Origin: a virus
Taxonomy: Duplodnaviria > Heunggongvirae > Uroviricota > Caudoviricetes
IMG/VR virus record: IMGVR_UViG_3300025392_000640
Coordinates: 37,214-101,213 of that record
Length of the DNA stretch: 64,000 nucleotides
Strand: one strand, 5' to 3'
Positions within the stretch are counted from its first letter, which is position 1, and each line of letters begins with the position of its first letter. The notes under the pieces were generated by a model that worked only from the letters and a program-made list of their open reading frames with translations, searched no databases and had not been told where the DNA came from. Below, piece by piece: positions 47,504 through 55,852 of this stretch. The position numbers and the translations under genes were made by a program.

Positions 47504-47577
47504 TTGGAATAGCGAGATTCGAACTTGCCACCTTCTCGGTATCAGCGAGATGCTCTAACCAAATGAGCTATATTCCA
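47504..47577 (-). tRNA. tRNA-Ile (GAU)
   Basis: Acceptor TGGAATA/TATTCCA, anticodon loop CTGATAC. Confidence 0.75.
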
Positions 47578-47587
47578 ATTTTTAAAG

Positions 47588-47662
47588 TAGGGTAAAGAGG
47601 ACTCGAACCTCCACGATGTCTTGCTCCCAAAGCAAGCGGCCTAGCCATTGGCCCATTACCCT
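47588..47662 (-). tRNA. tRNA-Pro (UGG)
   Basis: Acceptor AGGGTAA/TTACCCT, anticodon loop TTTGGGA. Confidence 0.8.
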
Positions 47663-47668
47663 ATATTG

Positions 47669-47742
47669 TTCCCCCGGTAGGATTCGAACCTACAACCCAC
47701 CGGGTAAAAGCCGGTTACTCTAGCCAATTGAGCTACAAGGGA
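47669..47742 (-). tRNA. tRNA-Lys (UUU)
   Basis: Anticodon arm ACCGG-CTTTTAC-CCGGT, T-arm GTAGG-TTCGAAT-CCTAC. Confidence 0.8.
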
Positions 47743-47792
47743 TTCTTTTGTCACTCTTGTCACTTTCCATAATCATTGTTTTTAATTGTTAG

Positions 47793-47864
47793 TGGTAATG
47801 AGTGGAATCGAACCACTGCTACTAAGTCTTCAGCCTAGCGCTCTACCAACTGAGCTACATCACC
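47793..47864 (-). tRNA. tRNA-Phe (GAA)
   Basis: Acceptor GGTGATG/CATTACC, anticodon loop CTGAAGA. Confidence 0.85.
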
Positions 47865-47928
47865 TTGCCTTTTTTAGCGTTTTTGAATAGAACGCAAGGA
47901 CAGTACGACCTGAAAACTATTAGGGTTG

Positions 47929-48009
47929 TGGGAGTAAGAAGACTCGAACTTCTGAAGCCGATGGCGTTTGATTTACAGTCAAATGTGATTGCCGCTACAC
48001 GATACTCCC
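47929..48009 (-). tRNA. tRNA-Tyr (GUA)
   Basis: Acceptor GGGAGTA/TACTCCC, anticodon loop CTGTAAA, long variable arm. Confidence 0.8.
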
Positions 48010-48014
48010 AATTG

Positions 48015-48086
48015 TAGAAGTGGAGAATTATGATATCCCGTCCTCTTGGATGTAAGCCAAGCGCTCTCCCTCTGAGCTACACTTCT
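48015..48086 (-). tRNA. tRNA-Val (UAC) with non-canonical T-loop
   Basis: Perfect acceptor AGAAGTG/CACTTCT, D-arm GCTC-AGAGGGA-GAGC, anticodon loop CTTACAT; T-loop ATCATAA lacks TTC. Confidence 0.6.
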
Positions 48087-48114
48087 ATTTTCCACAATGT
48101 CAAAGAACCAAATG

Positions 48115-48187
48115 CGTTAGTGATAGGATTCGAACCTATGGCCACTTGATTAACAGTCAAGAGCTCTACCAGCTGAGCTACACCAAC
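48115..48187 (-). tRNA. tRNA-Asn (GUU)
   Basis: Acceptor GTTGGTG/CACTAAC, anticodon loop CTGTTAA. Confidence 0.85.
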
Positions 48188-48199
48188 ATTTATTTACAA

Positions 48200-48247
48200 A
48201 CATCCCAAAAACAAAAAACCTCTAACTTTTTTATCGGTTAGAGGTCT
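48200..48247 (-). terminator. Rho-independent terminator (minus strand) just upstream of the tRNA cluster
   Basis: Hairpin cctctaac/gttagagg; minus strand has stem followed by TTTTTTGTTTTTGGG. Confidence 0.55.
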
Positions 48248-48261
48248 TTCAATATTGTTAT

Positions 48262-48430
48262 AAAATTTTACACTTTATCCCCAATTATCATCCTCTAACT
48301 TCGTACTAATATAATCCACTTTGCCTAAATTTGCTTGTGCCGGATTACTTATCGTACTAAACATACGAATCCCACACCATTCATTTCTCAATGTAGGTTG
48401 CGAACAATTTGTATGTAGTGTTAAAGTTTT
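48262..48430 (-). CDS. small hypothetical protein (below track threshold)
   Basis: ~55-codon minus ORF MKTLTLHTNCSQPTLRNEW... ending before the terminator. Confidence 0.3.
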
Positions 48431-48574
48431 CATCTTTGTTATGTTAATAAGTATATAATAATTTTATTTTCAGTTTTTTTAATTCTTATAAGCCTAAATC
48501 GGGAAGTATATTGCTATACTCCCCTCTCTAAGTTGTAATAAAAATTAAGATATGAAACGAACAACCTTTCAGTT

Positions 48575-48665
48575 GTTAGTAGAGCGGGACCAATGATTCG
48601 AACATCATCCTCTCACCTGGTCGGTAAGTGTGCTACCATTACACCAATTCCGCTTATGTGGAAAG
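48575..48665 (-). ncRNA. tRNA-like/pseudo-tRNA (T-arm TGATG-TTCGAAT-CATTG, acceptor with mismatch, aberrant anticodon loop)
   Basis: Hand fold; a degenerate partial copy of its 5' half (gtgtgctac.attacac) recurs at 48915-48950. Confidence 0.3.
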
Positions 48666-49902
48666 TTTTTCGAGTTGGAGAGGAACTTTCCGAGCGCTGC
48701 CGAAACCCCATAATACATTTTCGTATTGATTACTTTGCTTTAAGCCTTTTACAGCTTTGGCGAAATCCAATCTAAACCACATTAGGCTTCCTACTTTTAA
48801 GTTTCTAGTTTAAGTCCCAAACCAACTTGCTCTCACTAATGCGAACACAATGTTAAACAGACTACGATGAGCGGTTAAAGGTTCTGCCCCCCTCCTCTCC
48901 ACTGGAATGTGAAGTGTGCTACTATTACACTAAAACCGCTTATAAATGGATGAGAATACTCCAATGGGTGATTCAGCTTTAGAAGGATTATTGAGTTCCC
49001 TTCGTTTCCACTTCCTTTTGAGAAGTACCAAATCAATGCAGGTCATTATAGATAACCACTCTTAAAGTTGTAACTTACTCACCTATTACTCCCCTTATTC
49101 AATCCTGCCGAACTGATTCAACCTTGCGGGTCTATAAGCTTTTCGTAGATATCACATCCGCCTTGCGAGCGTTTGTGGCTGGGAACAACTCCCAACTATG
49201 TATGCACCTTTCGGTTACAACTGATGAACACTTTTGCTTTATGTTTATTTATAGTTTTTTACGCCGAAGTAAAAATAAAGTTTTGGTTCGTAGATTGATT
49301 CAGGTAGCGGTTCATCACCAGCTCTGTCCCCTTTTGAAGAACAGAATACTATACTACCCAATGCGTTATCTCAACGCCATACTTCAAGTCATCTTCATCA
49401 ATAGGGATTGGTGTCCCACATTGAAGGATAGTAACGGCACCACCCGTACACAGTCTTACCTTACGTCTTTTCAGATAGCTTGGTGTTAAGACCACTTTGG
49501 TATTGAATCACGCAATAGTAAAAAGGGATTAGCTTTTTATATCTTACATAAATCCTATGAGTTATTCTTATTGCTGTTCCCAGCTCAACTAAGGAATCTA
49601 CAGTTCCCTAGTCATCCCAACTCGTCAATGATAGTGTTACCCCCACCTACAAAGCCAGAATGATATCTCACTTGCCTACTCAAGCTCATAAGTCCACAGA
49701 CCTATAAACCGCAGAATGTTTAACCAAACATCCCACTTTATCCTACTTTCGTAGTTTATTTAACGACCATAGGCGGCCGTTTGTTCACTATATAACACAA
49801 GGTTATTATGTGAAGTATTTTTAATAATTTAAAGAACTAATTTGATTCTCAATTTTGTTTTCTGGTCAAACCAATCAACTACTTTATTTTTGAATCTTAG
49901 TA

Positions 49903-50337
49903 AAGATACGAAGAATATTTTATTCCACCAAATCTTTTTTTATTTTTGTTGAAACATTTTCGGCTGTGTTTACTTACACCATTTATACTTCCTACTTCTG
50001 AATCAACTTAGTAAAGATACGATAAATTTTTCAATCTACCAAATCTTTTTTTAACTTATTGATAATCAACAAGTTAGTTAAGATATCCGGCTTTCTTCCC
50101 TATTGGATAGGTCACTCAATCGGTTTTATTATTGATGGCTTCAACCTTAACTTTGTTAAAGATACGATAAATATTTCAATCTACCAAATCTTTTTTTGTT
50201 GCGGGGGATGGATTCGAACCACCGACCTAAAGGTTATGAGCCTTCCGAGCTACCTCTGCTCTACCCCACGATATATAAAGAACTTTTATCTCTTTTGATT
50301 TAATCAAAGATACGAATAAATTCCGAATCTACCAAAT
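49903..50337 (-). promoter_or_regulatory. Array of four tandem promoter copies (49903-49933, 50013-50044, 50157-50189, 50305-50337) interleaved with palindromic elements and a tRNA
   Basis: taaagatacgaagaat...ccaccaaat; taaagatacgataaat...ctaccaaat (twice); caaagatacgaataaa...ctaccaaat. Confidence 0.55.
50199..50270 (-). tRNA. Initiator-type tRNA-fMet (CAU)
   Basis: C1-A72 mismatch; CGTGGGGTAGAGCAG...CTCATAA...GGTCGGTGGTTCGAATCCATCCCCCGCAA closely parallels bacterial tRNA-fMet. Confidence 0.75.
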
Positions 50338-50431
50338 CTTTTTTAAGTCATTGAAAATCAATGAGTTATAAACATAGGATTTATAAGTATATGTAAATAT
50401 ACAAAAAGTATCCGAATTTACAAAATTTATT

Positions 50432-51133
50432 TTACTTATTTTTTGAAAGCATTGCTACCAATGATGTAGCTGCTTTTTTAACAGGACTTTTATCATCATA
50501 TTTCAAAGCGGATGTCACTTTGATATCTTTACCTGTAATTGGATTTCTAACTGTTTTGTTAGCTATATCCTTTGGTAACGATGATGCTAATTTAGCCATA
50601 TCAGGTTGTTTTGCTTTTTGCCCAACACCTCTCTTAAATGTAAATGTACTCTTAGGTCCACTTTTCATTTTAGAATAAGCCTGTTGAATTGTATCAGGAT
50701 GCATTTTACCCATATTTTCGGTATGGCCATCTCTATATAATAAGAAAGCGTTTCCCTTTGTTTGTTCACCAGCATATAATACTGAATCTTGTCCGTATTT
50801 ATTACCAAGTTCATGTGCATCTTTAATACTGATATTAGGAACAAAGAAAGATTCTTCGATACTATCTTTTAATTTTTCTTCAGGACATTGTGCATAATTC
50901 ATATTAGAATCCGTACATTCTCTCCATCTTCCTTCAACTTTAAAGAAACCAAGTCCTTTACCTCTAAGGTCAGATTCCAATTTCTTATTAAGTTCTCTAT
51001 TTTCCTTTGGAGTGTTCAAATATCTAAATGCAGTCATCATCGCCCAACTTGTAGTATTCTTTTGCTGTTGTACGTGTTGATATACTCTACTTAAAGAGGC
51101 TTCATCTAAATTATGTATTTTACAATTTCCCAT
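50432..51133 (-). CDS. hypothetical protein
   Basis: 233-aa ORF. Confidence 0.5.
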   Translation of the reverse strand: MGNCKIHNLDEASLSRVYQHVQQQKNTTSWAMMTAFRYLNTPKENRELNKKLESDLRGKGLGFFKVEGRWRECTDSNMNYAQCPEEKLKDSIEESFFVPNISIKDAHELGNKYGQDSVLYAGEQTKGNAFLLYRDGHTENMGKMHPDTIQQAYSKMKSGPKSTFTFKRGVGQKAKQPDMAKLASSLPKDIANKTVRNPITGKDIKVTSALKYDDKSPVKKAATSLVAMLSKNK

Positions 51134-51341
51134 CTATTATCTGATATAAATATAAAGTTTCTTGAGTTTCGATAATACTTCTTATTTTTTGTAATCTATC
51201 CTTTATTCCATTGATTCTTTCCATAGTAGACCACATACCCATATTATTCACTGGTTTATAGCTTTCCCAATACTCTAATGCTTCCATTAGTTCGGATTCT
51301 TCTATTTCCAGTTGTTGTATGTAAAATTCTTTAGGATTCAT
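51120..51341 (-). CDS. hypothetical protein
   Basis: 73-aa ORF. Confidence 0.45.
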   Translation of the reverse strand: MNPKEFYIQQLEIEESELMEALEYWESYKPVNNMGMWSTMERINGIKDRLQKIRSIIETQETLYLYQIIDGKL

Positions 51342-51345
51342 CTAT

Positions 51346-51379
51346 ACAAATATACGAAAAATATAGGAATTTACCAAAT
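51346..51379 (-). promoter_or_regulatory. Bacteroidetes-type promoter for 51120..51341
   Basis: acaaatatacgaaaaatataggaatttaccaaat. Confidence 0.55.
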
Positions 51380-51646
51380 CTAATCCCCAATCAGATTGTT
51401 TTCCTCTTTTTGGATTTTATTTAAACGCTTCGTAAGTAAAAAGTAAGATATAAAAAAAGATGCCGAGATAGAATAGAATACGATATCTGCTATCCAATAC
51501 GAACCTGTTAGATTCATTATTAGTTTGAATAGGGCATCGTAGCCAAACGGCAGAAAGAACATCGCCAACATCAGTGATGTATCTTTGAATAACATTAATC
51601 GGGTCTCCTTCGTCTGGAGTTGCTTGAATTTCTTTTGTACTATCAC
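51380..51646 (-). CDS. small membrane protein (alternative overlapping frame 51417..51656 exists)
   Basis: 88-aa hydrophobic ORF. Confidence 0.35.
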   Translation of the reverse strand: MIVQKKFKQLQTKETRLMLFKDTSLMLAMFFLPFGYDALFKLIMNLTGSYWIADIVFYSISASFFISYFLLTKRLNKIQKEENNLIGD

Positions 51647-51702
51647 CTTCGCTCATGTGTGGTTTGGTTTCGTGAAACTTATAACTTATTTTGTTATAAG
51701 TA

Positions 51703-52029
51703 TTAATTTAATGATTTTTGTAACTTTTGTATCTCCGCACATTTTTCATATGCTTCAATCTCAATCATATATTCCATCAACCTATCTAAAGTTTGGTCTA
51801 TATCTTCTTTTGAAATACTAAAATCAACAATCAATCCCGGTTGTACATCTTTTAACTTTGCTGGTTCTTTTGGTTTAGTAACTAACTTAAGAATTATTTT
51901 ATTTTTTGATTTACTTTCAATAAAATCAAAAACATTATCATAGATACTATCCATTATAATACCTCTATTCTCCTCTGCCCAATCTCTAATCGGAGTACCT
52001 GGTTCTATGTATATCTTTTTAGCTGCCAA
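51703..52029 (-). CDS. hypothetical protein
   Basis: 108-aa ORF. Confidence 0.45.
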   Translation of the reverse strand: MAAKKIYIEPGTPIRDWAEENRGIIMDSIYDNVFDFIESKSKNKIILKLVTKPKEPAKLKDVQPGLIVDFSISKEDIDQTLDRLMEYMIEIEAYEKCAEIQKLQKSLN

Positions 52030-52612
52030 TTTTTTGCTTATTGATTCGTTTTTCTAGTTCTCTTTTTATACTAGCTTCTCTCATTTTAAGCTTTGTTTCT
52101 TCTGAGAATGGTTTTCTTTTTTTACCTAGTTTAGATAATGATATATTCAGTTTGTGTTCTTCTGTATATTTTTTGCCTAATTTAGATTTTGTTAATTTTT
52201 CTAAATGTTCTGGTGATAATTTATATTCTCTATTTTTATTGGAAAAGCGAATTGCTTCTTTATTAGCTTCGCTCATTATTTTACCTTTATGTATTTTAGA
52301 TAGTTTTAATCTAGTTTCTAATGAAGGATTGAGATGTCCATCACCACCATCGGTTTTATTCACTAATGTACCAGTTTCTAAATCAATTCTTCCGTATTCT
52401 AATATTAATTGAACTTCCTTTTTACATGCAGTTTCCCAATCTAGCCCATCTTCTATAATTTCAACTATATATCCAACTTTATTAACAACTTTCTGCCAAT
52501 GGTTATTTCTTCCTCTTTTACTATAAGCTCTTTGATATTTAGAATCACTACCAATACCAATATAAAATACTTCGTTGCTATCTTTTCTTATATGTTTATA
52601 GATATATGCCAT
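52019..52612 (-). CDS. GIY-YIG homing endonuclease with NUMOD3-like repeats
   Basis: AYIYKHIRKDSNEVFYIGIGSD (GIY-YIG) and C-terminal repeated SPEHLEKLTKSKLGKKY / TEEHKLNISLSKLGKK / SEETKLKMREA modules. Confidence 0.8.
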   Translation of the reverse strand: MAYIYKHIRKDSNEVFYIGIGSDSKYQRAYSKRGRNNHWQKVVNKVGYIVEIIEDGLDWETACKKEVQLILEYGRIDLETGTLVNKTDGGDGHLNPSLETRLKLSKIHKGKIMSEANKEAIRFSNKNREYKLSPEHLEKLTKSKLGKKYTEEHKLNISLSKLGKKRKPFSEETKLKMREASIKRELEKRINKQKIGS

Positions 52613-52627
52613 ATTCTAGCATAAATA

Positions 52628-53254
52628 TTATATTTTGGGGAATAAAATGTTTTCCATAAAGTACTTAGCCTTATCTTCTCCAATTAAAGCTTTTAATGCT
52701 GAGAATGTTCTTGGATTAGTGGCCTGTATTGTACAATATTGATTTTGTTTCTCTATAATAGCTTCTTCATCGCCTTTCCTTTCCAACCAAAGTAAAGAAT
52801 TTAGATACCATTCGTATTTTTCCAACACCCATTTTTTAAATTCCAAAAATTCTTCCACACTTTCAGGTGCCATCATTATAAATCTATCACTAAATACAGT
52901 TGCCCATTGTGGTATAGGTTTGCGATTACCAATATTCATTCCATCATCAAATGGGTATTGATTAATACCGGGGCTTAAATCCATATATGCCCCAGTAATT
53001 TTTTTACCAGTGGTTATCACATCAAACCCAAAGATAGGTTCAGGAGACCACTTATGCGGAAAGGTAGTAAAGTGTAATACCTCTATCTTAGAATCCGAAT
53101 ATCTTTCAACATGCGCCATTCTGAATAAATCGGATGAAAATCTATGATTAGTCCAACCATAGTTTTCAGTTTCCATAGGTTCTAAACCCGGCGCTGTTGT
53201 AACTAAATCTAATAGCTCTTGTGCTATTGTATCTAACATTACTTTATTGTCCAT
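52628..53254 (-). CDS. Ferredoxin-dependent bilin reductase family protein (PcyA/PebA-like)
   Basis: FRMAHVE, VLHFTTFP, PIFGFDVI and AYMDLSP align with the conserved PcyA core motifs FRKMHLE, ILHCVMFP, PLFGCDIV and AIADLSP. Confidence 0.75.
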   Translation of the reverse strand: MDNKVMLDTIAQELLDLVTTAPGLEPMETENYGWTNHRFSSDLFRMAHVERYSDSKIEVLHFTTFPHKWSPEPIFGFDVITTGKKITGAYMDLSPGINQYPFDDGMNIGNRKPIPQWATVFSDRFIMMAPESVEEFLEFKKWVLEKYEWYLNSLLWLERKGDEEAIIEKQNQYCTIQATNPRTFSALKALIGEDKAKYFMENILFPKI

Positions 53255-53783
53255 CTATAATTGTTTGTAATTCATCAAAAATAGCCATATTAAAATCCAA
53301 TCCTTTATTAGCCTCATCAGCCCATTCATCTTTTTGGATTGCTCTAATAGTTCCAGCTACTTCTCTCATATCACCATCAAAGGTATATAATCTTCCACTA
53401 CCAGGCACATTCTTCTTCATCATTTGTCCACCAAACATAATAGCTAAGTAGTTCAAATAAATGTGAGGAAGTATATCTTCATCTGAAAGTCCTTTAAGGT
53501 AATCGCAATATGATTGTGTTGATTCTAATAATTGAATCTCTAATACCTGCCCTTCTTCTGCTTCAAATAATTCTTTAATATCTTCGTAAACCGCATCTAC
53601 TCTATTTAGTGATGGATGTGGTAGGGTTCTACTTTTTTCAATTGCATCAAATATTCCTAATTGTTGGCAAAGATGCGCAATATATTCTTCTTTAGTTAAT
53701 TCACCTTTAAACATTCTTTGGTTAAAAGGCTTTTGTTCAGCTTCTCTATGCTTATCGGCAATTGCTTCTTTAAGTGGTAACAT
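53244..53783 (-). CDS. ho1: Heme oxygenase
   Basis: LPLKEAIADKHREAEQKPFNQRMFKGELTKEEYIAHL and HIYLNYLAIMFGGQMMKK match the HO-1 family helices. Confidence 0.8.
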   Translation of the reverse strand: MLPLKEAIADKHREAEQKPFNQRMFKGELTKEEYIAHLCQQLGIFDAIEKSRTLPHPSLNRVDAVYEDIKELFEAEEGQVLEIQLLESTQSYCDYLKGLSDEDILPHIYLNYLAIMFGGQMMKKNVPGSGRLYTFDGDMREVAGTIRAIQKDEWADEANKGLDFNMAIFDELQTIIDGQ

Positions 53784-53863
53784 ATTTTTATAATTTAATT
53801 TTTAGATAATACTCTGCCTAGCCATACTAAATATAGCCCTAATAATAGAAAAATTTAGTTAAA

Positions 53864-54058
53864 CTAAAATTCTCCTTCTGTATGTACTGTGTTGTCATCC
53901 CAGCCATCTCTACCTGCCATTTTAGTTAAATCCTCCTCACTAAACAAATCTTCTCCTTTGTAATCAGGATGTTTTTCGTTCATGTAATCAAACCCTCTAA
54001 CCCATGCCCAGCTTAGTAACGCCATTGAAGCAACAACAAAAATAATAGCCACGACCAT
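53864..54058 (-). CDS. small membrane protein
   Basis: 64 aa with N-terminal TM. Confidence 0.4.
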   Translation of the reverse strand: MVVAIIFVVASMALLSWAWVRGFDYMNEKHPDYKGEDLFSEEDLTKMAGRDGWDDNTVHTEGEF

Positions 54059-54274
54059 TGTATATATTTTGTTTGTTTGTCTACTTCTTTTCGGACTTCT
54101 AGTCCCACTAACCTAACGCTTTTTCTTAAATAAATCTGATAATTTTTTACCTTCCTTTATTATATTTCCGTTATCATCCATTGTTGGTGCAATATACATA
54201 TGATATGCGATGAACAATCCACAAGCAATAAAACAAAGACCGATAATTGTAAATGTACCCATAACTATTAAATT

Positions 54275-54616
54275 TTAATTTTTCCAAATAACTTGTATTC
54301 CAACTATGCAAGCTGCCAATCCAATACAAATCAAAGTTTTTAATGTAAATGGTTCTTTAAACATTACCCAACTCATTGTACTGAAAGTAATAATACCAAT
54401 TCCAAATCCAATCAATCGGGATGGCCATAATTCACCACCATAATAATCAACTATATTAGTTACTGATTGAATGAACAACCACAATCCTAACATAGCAGTT
54501 AGATATACCAACCAAGGATATTGTTTATTCCATCCATATTTTACACTACCTTGCAATTGTAGGAAAGATAATATCTGTCCAGCCAAACCCCATAACATTC
54601 CGTATATTAATTTCAT
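54275..54616 (-). CDS. multi-pass membrane protein
   Basis: Track ORF 54275..54652 trimmed to the internal Met downstream of the promoter; 3-4 TM helices. Confidence 0.45.
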   Translation of the reverse strand: MKLIYGMLWGLAGQILSFLQLQGSVKYGWNKQYPWLVYLTAMLGLWLFIQSVTNIVDYYGGELWPSRLIGFGIGIITFSTMSWVMFKEPFTLKTLICIGLAACIVGIQVIWKN

Positions 54617-54621
54617 AGATA

Positions 54622-54653
54622 CAAAGATACGAAAAATATCTGATATTACCAAA
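54622..54653 (-). promoter_or_regulatory. Bacteroidetes-type promoter (variant -33)
   Basis: caaagatacgaaaaatatctgatattaccaaag. Confidence 0.5.
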
Positions 54654-55248
54654 GTTTATTTCCACCAAATCCACTACTTCCACTAATACCAGGTCCCGGC
54701 GAATATCCAGTTGGTTTAGAATAATGGGATGGACGTCTAACAATATCTTGCATTCTACTAATAAAGGATAGAATATCTCTTGTTACCGAATCACTACTTA
54801 AACCATTAGCTATTGTTTGTATAAAAATAGATGGATTAGATAAATGATTTTTAGTTATCGTAGTATTCAAATCATATGGTGTCATTTTATCATCATACTT
54901 TGGTGGTGGGAGTATCTTAATGTGCATATCCATATCATCGGTAAATAGGGTAACTCTTGAAAAAGGTTCTTTATCATCAATAGGGTGTACCCAAGCCGTA
55001 TATACATTACCTTCATCAATGTAATCAACATGAGTATGCATTATGATAAAACTAGCTCCCATCACATCAAATTTAGTACCAACTAATTTATCCCAATTTG
55101 ATATCTCTACAGTTTTTTTCTCATTCATATTTTTTTCTTTACCAATAGCATCGGCAAGTACACATGCTAAATGATTACCACCTATTAGGTACTCAATATC
55201 TACATCATATGTATCCTTACCGCAATATGTACAAATTACTTCTTTCAT
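54646..55248 (-). CDS. hypothetical protein
   Basis: 200-aa ORF. Confidence 0.45.
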   Translation of the reverse strand: MKEVICTYCGKDTYDVDIEYLIGGNHLACVLADAIGKEKNMNEKKTVEISNWDKLVGTKFDVMGASFIIMHTHVDYIDEGNVYTAWVHPIDDKEPFSRVTLFTDDMDMHIKILPPPKYDDKMTPYDLNTTITKNHLSNPSIFIQTIANGLSSDSVTRDILSFISRMQDIVRRPSHYSKPTGYSPGPGISGSSGFGGNKLW

Positions 55249-55607
55249 TACTTTATAATTCCATGTGGTATTGGTTTACCATCCTCATCAATTGATACAA
55301 ATACTATCTTATCTATTTTGATAATTGTTTTCTTTGTATCTTTATTTCTCACTTCACAAGCTATCGTTATTGATGTCCTTCCAAATTGAACTAACTCACA
55401 ACCTATCTCTATTATATCACCTAATTTAGCAGATGATACAAAGTTCACCTCACTCATTGCTTTAGTAACTATACTTCTAGTATTTAATTGACATATACAA
55501 AAGATAGCTGCTTCTTCATCAATCCATTTTAGTACTTGTCCGCCAAAGAGCGTTCCTCTTGCGTTTAAATCTTCGTACTTAATTAATTTTCGGGTTCTAA
55601 AGTTCAT
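55248..55607 (-). CDS. Hotdog-fold acyl-CoA thioesterase
   Basis: DLNARGTLFGGQVLKWIDEEAAI signature. Confidence 0.7.
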   Translation of the reverse strand: MNFRTRKLIKYEDLNARGTLFGGQVLKWIDEEAAIFCICQLNTRSIVTKAMSEVNFVSSAKLGDIIEIGCELVQFGRTSITIACEVRNKDTKKTIIKIDKIVFVSIDEDGKPIPHGIIK

Positions 55608-55842
55608 CGTTTAATCTTTTAATATCTACACAATCATCTTTACCAATATCATCAAATGATTTCCATTGAGTAAATTTCTTACCTACTCTTGGTAGGCTAT
55701 GGTGCTCTCTATGTCCACACCATTTACATTCTTTAACTACTACTCTAACAACATCCCTACCTAATGGATGTCCTTTACATTCATGCTTTTCCTTACGGTA
55801 TTCCCAGTTGTGGCAACCGATATAGCAAAAGGGGTTTATCAT
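55597..55842 (-). CDS. Cys/His-rich small protein
   Basis: 81 aa with CYIGCHNWEY...HECKGH...CKWCGHREHH. Confidence 0.4.
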   Translation of the reverse strand: MINPFCYIGCHNWEYRKEKHECKGHPLGRDVVRVVVKECKWCGHREHHSLPRVGKKFTQWKSFDDIGKDDCVDIKRLNDEL

Positions 55843-55852
55843 AATTTATATT

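Noticed and set aside
52628-53783. Assigning the phage to cyanobacterial hosts because of ho1 plus bilin reductase
   Set aside because: The repeated promoter matches the Bacteroidetes -33/-7 consensus rather than sigma-70 -35/-10. PcyX-type bilin reductases are known from phages of non-cyanobacterial hosts, so the pigment genes do not determine the host.
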